From: Trichosphaerium sp. ATCC 40318
Taxonomy: Eukaryota > Protista > Tubulinea
DNA: 64,000 nucleotides
Assembly (NCBI GenBank): GCA_038496445.1
Contig: JALMLS010000210.1
Location: forward strand, 1-64,000
Direction: 5' to 3'
Shown: one piece after another, positions 22,108-35,077 of the stretch
Numbering within the stretch: position 1 is the stretch's first letter
Layout: the number at the start of each line of letters is the position of its first letter
Translations under genes and position numbers: made by a program
Notes under the pieces: model-generated
Database searches by the model: none
Told to the model about the DNA's origin: nothing
What the model saw: the letters and a program-made list of their open reading frames with translations, nothing else

Positions 22108-24055
22108 ATGGAGGCACACAACATCTTGGTATTGCGAAAGGTTGTTTTTGATGTACTTGAGACTTGATCTAAGCCGTTTTTAGAAAAAACAGATTCTTGA
22201 AGATATATTGGCTTGGCAGGTCAGAAAACAACCTTGTTTCGCGTCTACATCAATATTAGAAGCATGTCAACAGTAAGTGGAGCTTAGCTTTGTTTGCTTT
22301 CAAAGCTAAAACAGCACCAATCGTGTACCCACAGTTTCTTGACCTAACATCAAACTTTTAGTGTTCATCAATACATCGTCACTCACAACGATCCATTCAT
22401 ATCACTCCGATCCAATACTGTATCAACCAATACCATTTCCACAATCGCCAAGAGCACATTCACTAGCTTCACGGGAAATGAGATAGATTCTACGACATTC
22501 ACTTCCTTCACAGGTGATGAATCAGAGATTCCAACAACTTCTACTGTTTGAATAACCTTGTTCCTTTGTTCTTTAGAGCTACCAACTGAGATTGTATGGC
22601 ACGTGATAAGCTTTCTAGATAGCAAATGTATTCTTTCAATATCACAAACAGCAAAACCGTATGCGAAGTATTGCCAGAGTCAATTCACGTGGCTTTTCGA
22701 AATTAATAGAGTAGGTTGCTATTTTGTTGTTTCTAACTTACTGGTTACCAAGAGCAAAGCAAACACGTATGGGTTCCTATGCAAGTATTACAAGGCTGGT
22801 GTGAATCCGTACACTTTAAACTGGTCACAATCCAAAAGAAAGTTCACAAGCGCATCAAGAAACGAAACAAAAAACAAAAGTCAACTGATAAAAAGATTAC
22901 TAAAACAATTGACAGCGACCGCAAGTCGTCGTTTACAAAAACGGATATAATTTTCCTTGGTGACAATATGCACATGTGCGTTGGAGGTAATGATAAAAAT
23001 AACTTAAAGAAAGAATATTGACGCATTGTAGGTTTAGCATCAGTATTGAAATTAATGGACTTTATTCCGTTCAAGAAATGTATTCAAAAATATACAGTTT
23101 CTATTGCATTGAACTCTTCAAATCGCAAACCTAAGGTACAGACCCCTTGAGCATACACCGCAGTTTACACGATATCTAGAGTAAATGTGCAAAGGCAATC
23201 AAATCTTCAGTTGCTCAAGAACTGATTGCTGAAGGCCTTGACGCCATTGATGTCACTCAAAATAAGCACTCCAAATAGTAAGTTAAATCTAAACTTCTTG
23301 TCATAATGAACTATAGTTTCGAAGGTGCCGCTTCAAGGATACTGAGCTCAATATACGTGGTTACTGCAGAAGACATTAGGAACATGCCCTGCGCACTTCT
23401 ATACGCGGACGTACCTCTGAACTACAACGTCTCAATCGGAGGATGGAGTACAAGGTTAAAAAAAAACCAACTTTTTCGATTATTTACTCTATTAGGTTGA
23501 CATTGTACCCTTCAATGTCTCAAGAAATCTTCCTCAATCTTGTACATGACGAAAAAACATATGGAGAAGGCTATCTTATCATCTACAATATAGTTCTTGG
23601 TGAATACCGAGTGTCTGATCCAATCTTTGGCACAAAACTACACAAATCAATACATGAGTTCTCATTGTGGTGTAACATCCTTTGTAAATCCACCCATTAT
23701 GATATTGGTGTATTCATTTATACAAGTGAACACGTGGTGCCTTCTGATTTCTGTGAGAAATTTCCAGATTGCCATCAAGGTAATAATCGGCTTTAAGTTT
23801 GTTGTTTTATTTGATGTTCAGTTATTTTTGTTCTAAACCGATTTATTAGCCACAAATGAGTCTATCTATGATTATGTTGTAGGTATTTTACGTTCACATA
23901 TTGCAGAAAGATCATACGCTGATATCAATGGGAACCAATATAGCCCTAGCACATATTTTAAACTGTACTCACCTCAATACTGTCTTGTTGATATTCATGA
24001 AATGTACACCGCTGGTATTTCGTCTAGATTATTGTATAGTATGACATTAATATAA
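22108..24055 (+). pseudogene. G-gamma-like (GGL) + F-box + degenerate G-alpha fusion, copy 1; 1-nt frameshift near 22850 (pseudogene or assembly error)
   Basis: Similar exon structure and high similarity to 48042-50010. Alignment to that copy shows one missing base in ACA AGC -GC ATC AAG, and the G-alpha-like part continues in the shifted frame (KSTDKKITKTIDSDRK...IIFLG). Confidence 0.7.
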
Positions 24056-24925
24056 TGCATATAAATTAATAAACCTACAAAACAACGTGATCGTTACCTA
24101 TTTTGGCTGTATCAAGGACAACTTGGAAATTTACAAACGTCGTGTAAGGACTCCTTTGATGTCTTTGTCCTGATTCAGTTGCTTCAACAAGGTTTTGGCT
24201 ACCAGAAGGAACCAATGAAAATGAAAAATAATCGTTTAGGTTCTAATGAGCAATGAAGACGTCATATAACATTGTTACATTCTAGTGCACGATGACTGAG
24301 ACTCCTGAGGCTGTAAGAAATTGTTGACTTTCATCAGAAATAGCGAAAGCATAATGGTATGAACTCCAGAAAGTGCTTTAACACGTTCATCTGTAATAGC
24401 TAATATTGATACATACAATGTACCACACTATACGGTTGTATATAAGCGTTTGAATTCCGAAATTGTTGAAAAATAAGTTAAAAAATTGCTTTGGCTGTAA
24501 GTACTATTCCACGGTACAGCATTTCCAAATCGCAAAATGTTGTTTGCACCTGTAATTGTAACATCATATCTATAACAATTAAATGTGTAAGGTGGTTCTG
24601 AGGGGAGTAATAACGTCTCAAAGATTGTAGAAACCCAAAATTATCAAAAATCAATATTTCTGAAACTGCCTCGCAAGCGATGCTCCAAAGCTTAGATAAT
24701 TCAAAATTGAAGAATATGCAGATATTTTGCACAGGGCAAAAATATAAGCAATTAGTGAGCTTTCATTAGTTGTCATCATCGTCGTAACAAACAATGAGAA
24801 CAGATCACATGGCTTGATTCGGATGTATTTTCTTAAAAACTGTTTTAGTCATCAATCACGTGCGTTGAATTAAAAAACTATGAATAATAGTTCCAGTTAC
24901 GAGGCGTGACTATTTGCTTTAGAAA

Positions 24926-27183
24926 ATGGATTTGCTCTATTTCTACGCTGTGTTGTTCGTATTTGTCACTATGAATCATGGTAAAACAGGTACGAGTAGT
25001 ATTTATACAAGCCTTTACAAAAGGCCGTTCAAATAACAGTAATTATTAAAGTCCTTTCAAATAATAGTATTGTGTTTTAGTCATAACTTCAAGTGAACAC
25101 GTTTGTGGTAATGATATTGGTTGTTATCTTGCAGAAGAACCTACTGAGCTTATTCTCAATTCAACAAACTTGGTTTTTGGTAACTTAACTGGTGCACTTA
25201 CAAAAAGCGTTGACATTTATGGTAAGTTGGTGGTTCTCAGTCAGTTGTAATTAAGTGCGCTTAGGATTGTTTAATGTAAATATCTCATGCTACCAAGAAC
25301 AACTGTTTTACTCACTTTACAATAATATCAGTATCTCCCTATCTGGATTTACAATTCGGGATTGTAATATCAGAATTCTCGCGTATGAGAATGTTACCAT
25401 TACGTACTTACTTGGCTAGATTTTAAGCGAACTTATTAGAAACATGTTAATATTCACTTTAGAAACGTGACGTTTACTGGACATGCTGCTGGCTTAGTAG
25501 TTTTAGACAGGTACAGTGTTATTGATATTTGGTTATAGTTACGGTTGCTTACAAACGTACAATAGTGAGGTGACCCTTAAACAAGTGACATTTAGAGATA
25601 TTTTTATAGCAAGTGCTTTTGATGTTCTGAGAATTGAAGTCGCGGCAACAGCGTACTTACAAGAGTGTGTTTTTTCGAATATTGCATACAACGAAACACT
25701 TAGACGACGTACCACTTAACAACTATTTAACTTTTTTCAATAACACAACATAGCAATGATTATTATTTTCTCAGCGACAAGAGTACATGCTCATTTTGTT
25801 ATCAATCTTATTTTATGAATAGGTTGTAATGAGGTCTTGTTTGGTTGAGGACAATAATATTTTTGAGACTCCATTTTTAGAGTTACCACGTTTAGCTGAC
25901 GCAGAAATATCAAACTCTAGTTTTGTGAGAAATACAGTGAACATACCATCTGCGGACAGTTGCACGGGTACTATCTTGCTTTCCGTTATGGTATTAACTA
26001 CCTTGGAATAGAGTTTATGGATGTATACTCCACTAGGTTGCTTATAGATTCCTGTGTGTTTGAGAACAATACTTGCATGTACGTTCTCTTTTGTCTGTTA
26101 TATTGTGAAGCATCTTGCCATTTACAATACGTGTTTTAGAACGAATACTTCAACAATTCTAAGTTCTCCTTCATTTGTTGGGTTGGAAAGCAACATTACT
26201 ATAAGGTCAAGACTGTAACTGGTGAAGTGCTTATCTTTGTGTAGGAATACGAGATTTGCTAATGATAATAATGGTAATCATAAGTACAAAAGTAAACAGT
26301 TTTAATCCCATGTAGAACCAAATACAGTATTTTCCTGTTCAAATAATCTTAATTTCACATGTGGAAAAGCTAAATGTTACAGCACTACATTCTTTGAAGA
26401 GTGCAACACAACTGGTAACAGTATTCATACTCAAACTTTACACTATTTGACAATATTTAATAGTTACATGCAACAATGAAGACTACTGTGGTAAGACGTT
26501 TACAAAGAATAACTAAAAAAGAGGTTCTATAATCTAACATTGTAATATCTACAGCTGGAACTCTACCACACCAAATTGTGTTATCTAGTCCTTTGGTAAT
26601 AGATGGAGATTTAGTCCTCTCAGGAACAGCTACAATTACTCCAGGAGGCTTTCTTGAAGTTGAGGGTATCACGTGATTTAATTGTTGACATTCTTTTTTT
26701 TGATCTCATCAAGTGTAGGATCTATTGTGATACCACCAAACACGACATTCATCATTGATTTCAGTGGTTATAATGCTACAATAATTGATGACACAAGAAT
26801 AGAAGTAATGAGAAGTAATAGTGGCACAATAAGCGGCAGTGTTACACTTGTTCCACCAGAAAAGGCGTGTTTAAGTGCAATGCTTGACAGGACTCTTTCA
26901 TCGTATGTCTATATGAGTAATCTAAATGACCCTGATTTTGATTTTAGCAGCATATTTGTAATTGCATCAAGACCTGACAGTTGTGGCAACCAACCAGAAC
27001 CAATGAACGTTGGTATGGTGCTTGGTATTACTTTTGGTGTTCTTTTCTTGGTAAGCTATTTTGTGTTTGATGTGGTAACAACTTTTGACTCGGTGATAGG
27101 TAGTCGTTGGTCTTCTTGTTATTTTCTTCGTTCCAAGTTTGAGACATGCAATTGTACCATACTCTTTACGTAAAGCACACTAA
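24926..27183 (+). CDS. Single-pass membrane protein with pectin-lyase-like (right-handed beta-helix) ectodomain
   Basis: Signal peptide MDLLYFYAVLFVFVTMNHG, repeats like 'SLSGFTIRDC', 'LQECVFSN', 'ISNSSFVRN', 'IDSCVFENN', and a TM 'VGMVLGITFGVLFLVVVGLLVIFFVP' near the C-terminus. Confidence 0.6.
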
Positions 27184-27554
27184 AAATTTCTTCTACTGAC
27201 AATTCATTGTAATAAGCAACAATAAGATTTAACGCTCTTTGTTCATTTTAAACTGCCATTTAATTGCTGTACGTATTGTCACATCCCTATAGCACCATTG
27301 GCTCCTACAAACAATACCTGGTTGAGGGGAAGCTATCCCTTGGCTTGTTTTACGGACCGGTTTGTACAGCCATTATCTCTTGGAACCTTAAGACTAACTG
27401 TAACATTACAGAGATGTTGTCGTTTTGGCTACAAGCCAAAATTCCGGGTTTGAAAAGCTGAAGCATAATTACAGTGGTTGTCTTATTTGCTTTTTTTGGC
27501 ATTAAAGTCAGAAAAATGTCAACAAGGCCAAGTTTCATTATCGCTTTCGTAAAC

Positions 27555-29643
27555 ATGAAGTACACGCGCTTTTTTCTTGTCCTTCTTCTTGCTGTAGTTA
27601 CAGCTAGAACAGTCTTTGATTTTAACACTAATTCTGCCTCACTTCGAGCTGGCGCTGCTAAAGTGAATGCTACAATGCCTCTCGGTGTACCTCTTGGTAC
27701 GTAATTAACTTATAGCATTTTTCCTGACACTTTTCTCTAGCTGGATACAACCACGTGCGTTCAAACATTATAACCGTAGCCCTAATTAGCCTCCCTAGGG
27801 TGCTCGTAGGGTAGAGTTTTGGCCTATACCGGATATTCTTCCTTACAGCAATTTTATGACTGGAAAGTACGGTCACGTGCTAAATGTTGTCCAAAACTAT
27901 GTTTTTCTTCTTGTAAACGCACATGCGCAATACTAAAACTGTGTTCATAGCGTTGGTCACATTGAACCTCTTTGGGTAAAGGCTATTGTTATAGATGATG
28001 GTAAAGAAAAGCTTGCGTTCGTAACTATGGACGGAATAGGGTACTACAATTTTGTGGTCAAGAGAAACTGTTTTATTTAATATTCTTCTTCAGAGCGGAT
28101 GGTAACTTAGTAGATATGGCTTGGAATATGGCCACCGATGATGGGTTCACCGTACCGTTTTCAAACGTGATAATGTCTGCGTCTCATACGCACAGTGGCC
28201 CTGGTTTGTACAAAAAACAATATTGTTTTTAACATTTTTAACAGGCGCAATCTCTCCTGAATTTCTGTGGGCTATGGCCCCTGCTACCGATCTTATGGTA
28301 CCAGAGTTACAAAGGATGTTTGCAGGATTTATTGCCGAAGCTATGGTACTTTATCGTCATTACAATAAACCAGTTTGTCTGAACTAACTCGGCTAGGTAA
28401 AAGCTGAACAAAACCTTCAGGACGCAATGCTTGGCATTACAGTTGCCAACCTAACGGGCGTAACACGTAACAGACGTGCTAAGATTAGCAAATATGTCAA
28501 TGTTGACACTATCGATCCAAATCTGGCAGTGATTCGAGTGGACGATATGAAAGGTGGTGTCATTGGTACCAGTACGTAATAATTAATATTGAATTTCATG
28601 CCTTAAACGCCTTTAGTATGGAATTTTGCTATTCATGGTACTTGCTATGGTCCTAGTAATATGAAATTTTCTGGAGATATAATGGGACACACAAATACGC
28701 TCATTGAGCAAAACATTGGTACGGTTCAATCAAATATTTCAAACTCCGAAGTTTGCGCTTCTTACTTTTTTCTTAAAGGTGGCGTATCGCTTTTTATCAA
28801 TGCAGATGCTGGAGATATTGACCCAAGTACGTTCAATGATACTTAAAAATTCTTATAGATCAACGTAGCTTCCGAATCATGTGCCCAAGAGCCAAATTTT
28901 TCAGGATCAACAACAATTATGAACAAAGTTGTTCAAGTCCGAAACAGCATTAAAACATCTTCAAACGTTGCTCTCACAGCATATTCTGAGAATGTACCTT
29001 TCGGTTCAACCAACTTGAACTTTACACTAGAACGTTTTGAGAATTGCACAACAGGTACGCAGTTCCTTATCAACAAGCATCCTAATGATCGTAACTTATT
29101 TAGGAGGAGCATTGGATATATGCTCAATCTGCAAAGTCTTGGGTTGTGATATTAACGCTCACATGGGTGACGCGTGGATAGAAAACAAACCTAAATTCAC
29201 AGCATTCAAAATAGTGGTTGACGATGTTTCAACTGTCGTTGTTACGGTCCCTGGTAAGGCACCTTTTGTTAAGAGTTTTTCTTGGCTTAGTTTTTTTTTT
29301 TTCCTTCAAGGTGAGGCTTTGATTGAACTTGGTTGGCAAATTCGTAACGACACAGAAAAGCTTGGGTTTGATCAAACTTTATTCGCTGGATACAGTACGC
29401 CTTAACACGTTTACAGTAACTTTTGTTAACATCTTGTCAAAGGTAACGCTCACATGGGATACTTTGCGACACCAAATGAATACGATATTGGCGGCTATGA
29501 GTCTCAGCTAACGTTGTGGGGTACTTTTAAAACCACGTGTTGTACGATCGGCTAATATGTCTTTAATAGGTATAGACACTGCCACTATGATTCGTAATGG
29601 TGCTTACAAAGTAGCTTCAAAGATATCCCAAATGTCTCCTTGA
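27555..29643 (+). CDS. Secreted neutral/alkaline non-lysosomal ceramidase-family amidohydrolase
   Basis: Signal peptide, 'LRAGAAKVNAT...PLAGY', 'PLWVKAIVIDDG', 'MSASHTHSGPG', 'WNFAIHGTC', 'NADAGDIDP', 'VPGE', 'GYFATPNEYDIGGYESQLT'. Confidence 0.85.
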
Positions 29644-29778
29644 GAAATAAATCACTTTCTATTCGCAACTTTAATTTTATTTAGACAGTGATTCCTACTT
29701 TTTTCTTCGTCCAAAGAAATTTATCATTTCTAATTGTAAGGCTGTTTTATGAATTTACTCATATGTTTTTTATACATG

Positions 29779-30652
29779 CTAATTTGCTATCAATTTGCCA
29801 TCTTCATCCCATGCTTTACTCTCTCCGACTTGTTTACCATTAACATAGTTTCTTAGAAAGTTCAACTGACCATTAGAATACCACATCTTGCTCTCTCCTT
29901 CCTTTTGACCATTGACATAATGCTCAAAGTTCCATAAGTAACCATTAGAAAACCACCTCTTGTAATCCCCTTGAAGCAAACCTCCAGTGTAATAACATTG
30001 CATTTCCATTTGTCCATTGTAACACCAACATAGGTATTCTCCTTCCATAATACCATCAACGTACGTTTTCTTACAAGCCAATTGACCATTTCGGTACCAT
30101 TGCTTGTGTTCTCCGATAGGTACACCCTCTTTATATTTTCCACAAAAATTCGGCTGACCACTGTTGTACCAAGTTTTACATTCTCCATCATGCTCACCAT
30201 TAATGAAATGGCATTGACTCTTCAATTGGCCATTCCAAAACCATTTCTTTCGTTCTCCTTGTAATTTATCATTTAAATAATGACCACATTCACGTATTCT
30301 CGTTGAAGAATAATACCACTGTGTGTATTCTCCTTCTCGTTTGCCATTGATGTAAAAATATTGTTTATTCAGTTTATATCCATCACCGTGCCAGTTGTTG
30401 CAGTCTCTCTCTTTTTGCATCCATTTACCATTTTTTTGTAAGTCAGCATCAAATCTCGTTGTAGTTGCTGTGTACTTTGATAATAAAGGCCATTTTAGAT
30501 AAATATCAAAACCTAGATCTATAATATCAAGGTGCAGCTCCAAAGGAATGTTTAATAGATGGTTATGCTCCTGTTCTACTCTGGAGGGATTTAACTAAAT
30601 AATATTACTTTTTAACCATTTTAGTTACTCTTACTTTGTGTTTCGCTTTCAT
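29779..30652 (-). CDS. F-box-like + MORN2 repeat protein, copy 2
   Basis: First exon MKAKHK, a short intron, then 'HLLNIPLELHLDIIDLGFDIYLKWPLLSKYTATTTRFDADLQKNGKW' and about 9 MORN2 repeats in one exon. Confidence 0.88.
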
Positions 30653-30963
30653 TTGTGGTAATAACTGGTAAATAGGTTTTAATTGTTGTCAACAGCGGTC
30701 AATATCACGTAGCCAAACGTGAGATAATCTGATAGACCTTTTGATAATAAAATACTTCAGATTCATTTAATTATTAGTTCTTTCTCATTGAATAGCAGCA
30801 TGTTGAATGGAAGGTAGTTCTTAAGACAAGAATGGGAGTATTTATTGAGCAAGGTAACATAGAACATACTAACAATAGTTTTTGCATGTCACTTTATTAC
30901 TTTCTCGATAGAGAATATTATGACATTATTGCGTACTGACTACGATATACTTTGTTTTGAAGC

Positions 30964-33900
30964 TCAACGCTTAGAGCCATTTTTGACTTTCTCAACGCGA
31001 TATGTGAGCTGTTTTTGTACAGTATCAATGTGTACAATAGCATTCGTATCAAGTACTTGTGATACAATCAACCGCGATAGTTCAGTGGTCACATTTCTCT
31101 CAATATATCGCTTAAGCGGCCTGGCCCCATAGACAGGAGAATATGTCTCTTCTAAAACACGTGTCAGCAAACCAAATATTGATTAGAAAAAAAGTCACAT
31201 ACCTGCTATAAACGTGTAGGCACGCTCGGATAGATTCAAGGAGATGTTTCTCTCATCCAACCTTTTTTGTAGCAATGCAAACTGCAGCTTTGTTATCTTT
31301 TTTAAGTGGCTTGAAGATAACGGAGTAAATATGACTTGGTCATCTAACCGATTCAAGAATTCAGGAGTAAAGTATCCCTTGCGCATAATGAGAAGATTTT
31401 TGAACTTATTATGATCAATGTACCTTGACTTCACCCATGACGTTCTCCTTGGTCTTGTCAGAAATAACATCTCCTATTACTTGTTCCAACAAGAAGTTTG
31501 CACCCAAGTTCGATGTCTAGAGTGATTGTAAGCAAGGTGAGTTATGATGTATTCAGCTATCAAGATATTGTTTCGTACCATAATGAGAACTACATTAGTG
31601 AAATCGACAGTCTTTCCTTGAGAATCAGTTAAGCGTCCATCATCCATAACTTGAAGAAGTGTATTCAAAACAAGTTTGTGAGCTTTCTCGATCTCATCAA
31701 ATAGAACAACTGCATATGGTCTCCTCCTCACTGCTTCCGTCAGTTGACCACCTTCTTGGTATCCAACATAACCAGGTGGAGCACCAATAAGACGTGCTAC
31801 AGCATGTTGCTCCATATATTCTTCAAAAAAAGTTACAAAACAAATCAACCACTTGAATCGTACCTGACATATCTAAACGCACAATCAAGTTTTCGTCATC
31901 AAACAACTCTGCTGCTAGAGCTTTTGCAAGTTCCGTCTTACCAACACCAGTTGGTCCAAGAAACAAGAACGATGCAGTAGGTTTTCCAGGACGAGAAAGG
32001 CCCGCACGACAGCGAAGTACCGCCTAAGCATATCGATTATTTGCATGCTAAAACCGGAATATCCGTACCTCAGATACGGCCTTCACTGCCTCTTCTTGAC
32101 CAATGAGCCTCTTGTGAAGATGTTTGCTCAAGTTTATAACCTTTTCCCGCTCTGTCTGACCCAACTTGGAGACAGGAATGCACGTCCATCTTGAAACGAT
32201 TTCGGCTATTTTTTCCGGAGTAACGTTTTCTGTTAGCATAAACTCCTCTTCCCTAGCATCAACATCCTTTCTTATTCCAGAAATAGCTTTCTTAGTCTCT
32301 GGTATAGCCCCATATTCTATATCTGCTACCTTGCTCATATCACCTTGCCTCTTGGCTATAGACAGTTTCTTTCGAAGCTTGTCAAGCTTTTCTCTCATTG
32401 ATGACAGTTTATCGAATACAGCCTTTTCGTGCTCATACCGAAGCTTCAAAGGTTGTAGCTTCTCTTGGACATTTGCTAGCTCTAGTTTTGCCTCTCTTAG
32501 CCTTGTTTTAGAACCATCGTCAGTCTCCTTCTCTAAATGCTTTATTTGAACTTCAAGATGAGTGCATCGCCTCTCTAGAATATCAAGTTCTTCTGGTTGA
32601 GAATCCAGTTGAACTCGAGTATTAGCACATGCCTCATCCATCAAATCGATTGCTTTATCAGGTAGGTTTCTCTCTGGTATCTATAAAACTATAAGACTCA
32701 TATCGTAGCATATTTGACCGTACATAGCGAGCTGAGAGGTTGGCACAAGCGAAAAGAGCTGCATCTTGAATACGAACACCGTGATGACTCTCGTACTTTT
32801 CTTTAATACCACGTAGAATAGAGACAGTATCAGTAACTGTTGGTTCCGAGACGAGTACTTGCTGAAACCTTCTTTCAAAAGCAGCATCTTTTTCCATATG
32901 CTTCTTGTACTCTTGAAGCGTCGTAGCACCAATGCACCGAAGCTCGCCTACAAAAATTGGTCAGAAAGAAAAGTTGAGCAAAGAAGTCCGTTCTTACCAC
33001 GTGCTAACATTGGTTTCAATAAATTTGCAGCGTCCATAGCACCATCTGATTTTCCTGCGCCCAACACAAGGTGAATCTCATCTATGAACAAGATGATTTT
33101 TCCAGCAGATTCCTAACAAAACCCAATAAATATATAAAGCTGCTACTGTCTATCAGATATACCTGAACTTCTGTCAAAACAGATTTGAGACGCTCTTCAA
33201 ACTCTCCTCTATACTTTGCCCCCGCAACCAATGCACCCATATCTAAATTGATAATCCTACAATCCAGATTCGCTGGTACATCTCCAGATACAATACGCTG
33301 AGCTAATCCTTCAACGATAGCACTAACAAGTTGTAAGAAAAACATTACCTGAAACAAACGTACGTTTTACCAACACCTGGCTCACCGATAAGGACAGGAT
33401 TGTTCTTACGTCTTCTACATAGAACCTGGATGATACGACGAACTTCTTCATCGCGTCCGATAACAGGATCCAAATCAGATGATTCAGCTTGAGAAACAAG
33501 ATCAATACCGAACTTTGATAAACTTTCATAGTTTGCTTCCGCCGTTTTCGTTAGCACTTTCTTCTTTCCTCGCACTTTCTTGATAGCCTCCAAAAGAAGG
33601 TTCTAGAAGGAATAGATTACATCACAGCTACAAAGGCAGAGTTGAATGGGTACCTCAGTAAGTCCTCCTGATTGAAAGGAGGCTTTCACTTTTTTGCTCT
33701 TCATCAGAACTCTGAATAAACTATCCTGTGAAACAAAGCTATCGCCATTTTCTTGCATCCTTTTCTTTGCTGATTTAAACAATCGTTGTAGATCGATAGA
33801 AGGTGATGGGTTTGTAGGGGCAGGCCTTTGCCTTGGAATCCTATCAACCAAAGCAGAAAGAGCCCGTTCTACAAAAAAGTTATTTCAAAAACAAAATGAT

Positions 33901-34160
33901 TGATTTTCGAGATTGAAAATGTCGCACTAATTTTCATTGCTGATGCGCCTGCTTTATCGCAAATTCGTGTAGCTAAGCATTCCTTATCACTAAAAAAAGC
34001 CAAACCAAGGTGCATTGGGGTAATAACTACGAGATAATTGAGTAAAACTATAAACTTTAAAGCGAAACTCACCAGGGTTTCCTTTATCGATGGCTATGCG
34101 TCCTGCCTCTGCGATTACTTTCTTTGCGTACACTGTTAGGTCTTCGGTTACCAAAGACAT
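30964..34160 (-). CDS. clpB: ClpB/Hsp101-Hsp104 AAA+ disaggregase
   Basis: Clp N-domain, '[37 protein letters not shown]', '[21 protein letters not shown]', '[11 protein letters not shown]', middle coiled coil, '[14 protein letters not shown]', '[12 protein letters not shown]', '[10 protein letters not shown]', 'YGARPLKR'. Confidence 0.97.
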
Positions 34161-35077
34161 GACGAGAAGCTGTGGTGGTATAGAGACGAACTAATAAGCA
34201 AACCTAATATCAATCATCAGATTGAAACAGCGAAACTTGCTTGCAATCAGACATTGGTGTATTGATATACTGAACACATCGTATGACACTGCAGGGTATC
34301 CCCGAATGCTGTTTTATCGTTTTATGTAATATCATGGTGTCCGCAAGAAAGCAACAACTTGAACGCTACAGTCACGTCCGGGTTACTGTTTTCAGTGCAT
34401 TCCTGAAATAAAGATCCAGATGAATAGAAAGAAATTACCCTTATTTTCAATATGTTGACCCACAATCTCATAGGAGTATTCGAGAACCTTAACAAAAAAA
34501 CCCTTGTAGACAATACATAGTTACTAGGACTTGAGGGTTAGTGGTTGGTCAGAAAAGTAAGGTTTCACAGAAACGGCAAACCCAAATTGTAGTGATACTG
34601 AGAACGCGTCGAGAATGGTTAGTTTTTTTAGTTTGTATGGATAGATACGCCATCGTATGGGTAATGCTGAATTTTGACATGCATGACCCAAAAATGTCGC
34701 CTGCTGCAATTTTTTTTGTTGGGTTTTACGCTGTACGCTAGAAAACATTGGAAAAGAATTACGTATGCGTGGTAAAACGTTTTTTGTAGTCGCTTTTGGC
34801 AAAATTAGTAGCTGGCAGCCCGTTGTTTTTGTTAATGTGCTAGAAGGTATCCACAACACTATGAAGTAAACTTTAACGCATCTATTTCATGATTCATGAA
34901 GCATCGTGAAAGTTTAAGAACTAGAAGCTTCAAAACACCTTTATCCTTGTTATTACCATTGTAGAGAGTCCAATAAATAAAATCCCGTGCTCAATGGAAA
35001 GCGTCCTCCTGCATTCTTGGGAAACCGCTAGTTAAGTCATGACCTTAATAAGTGTCGGTCATATTTCAGCAAACTAA

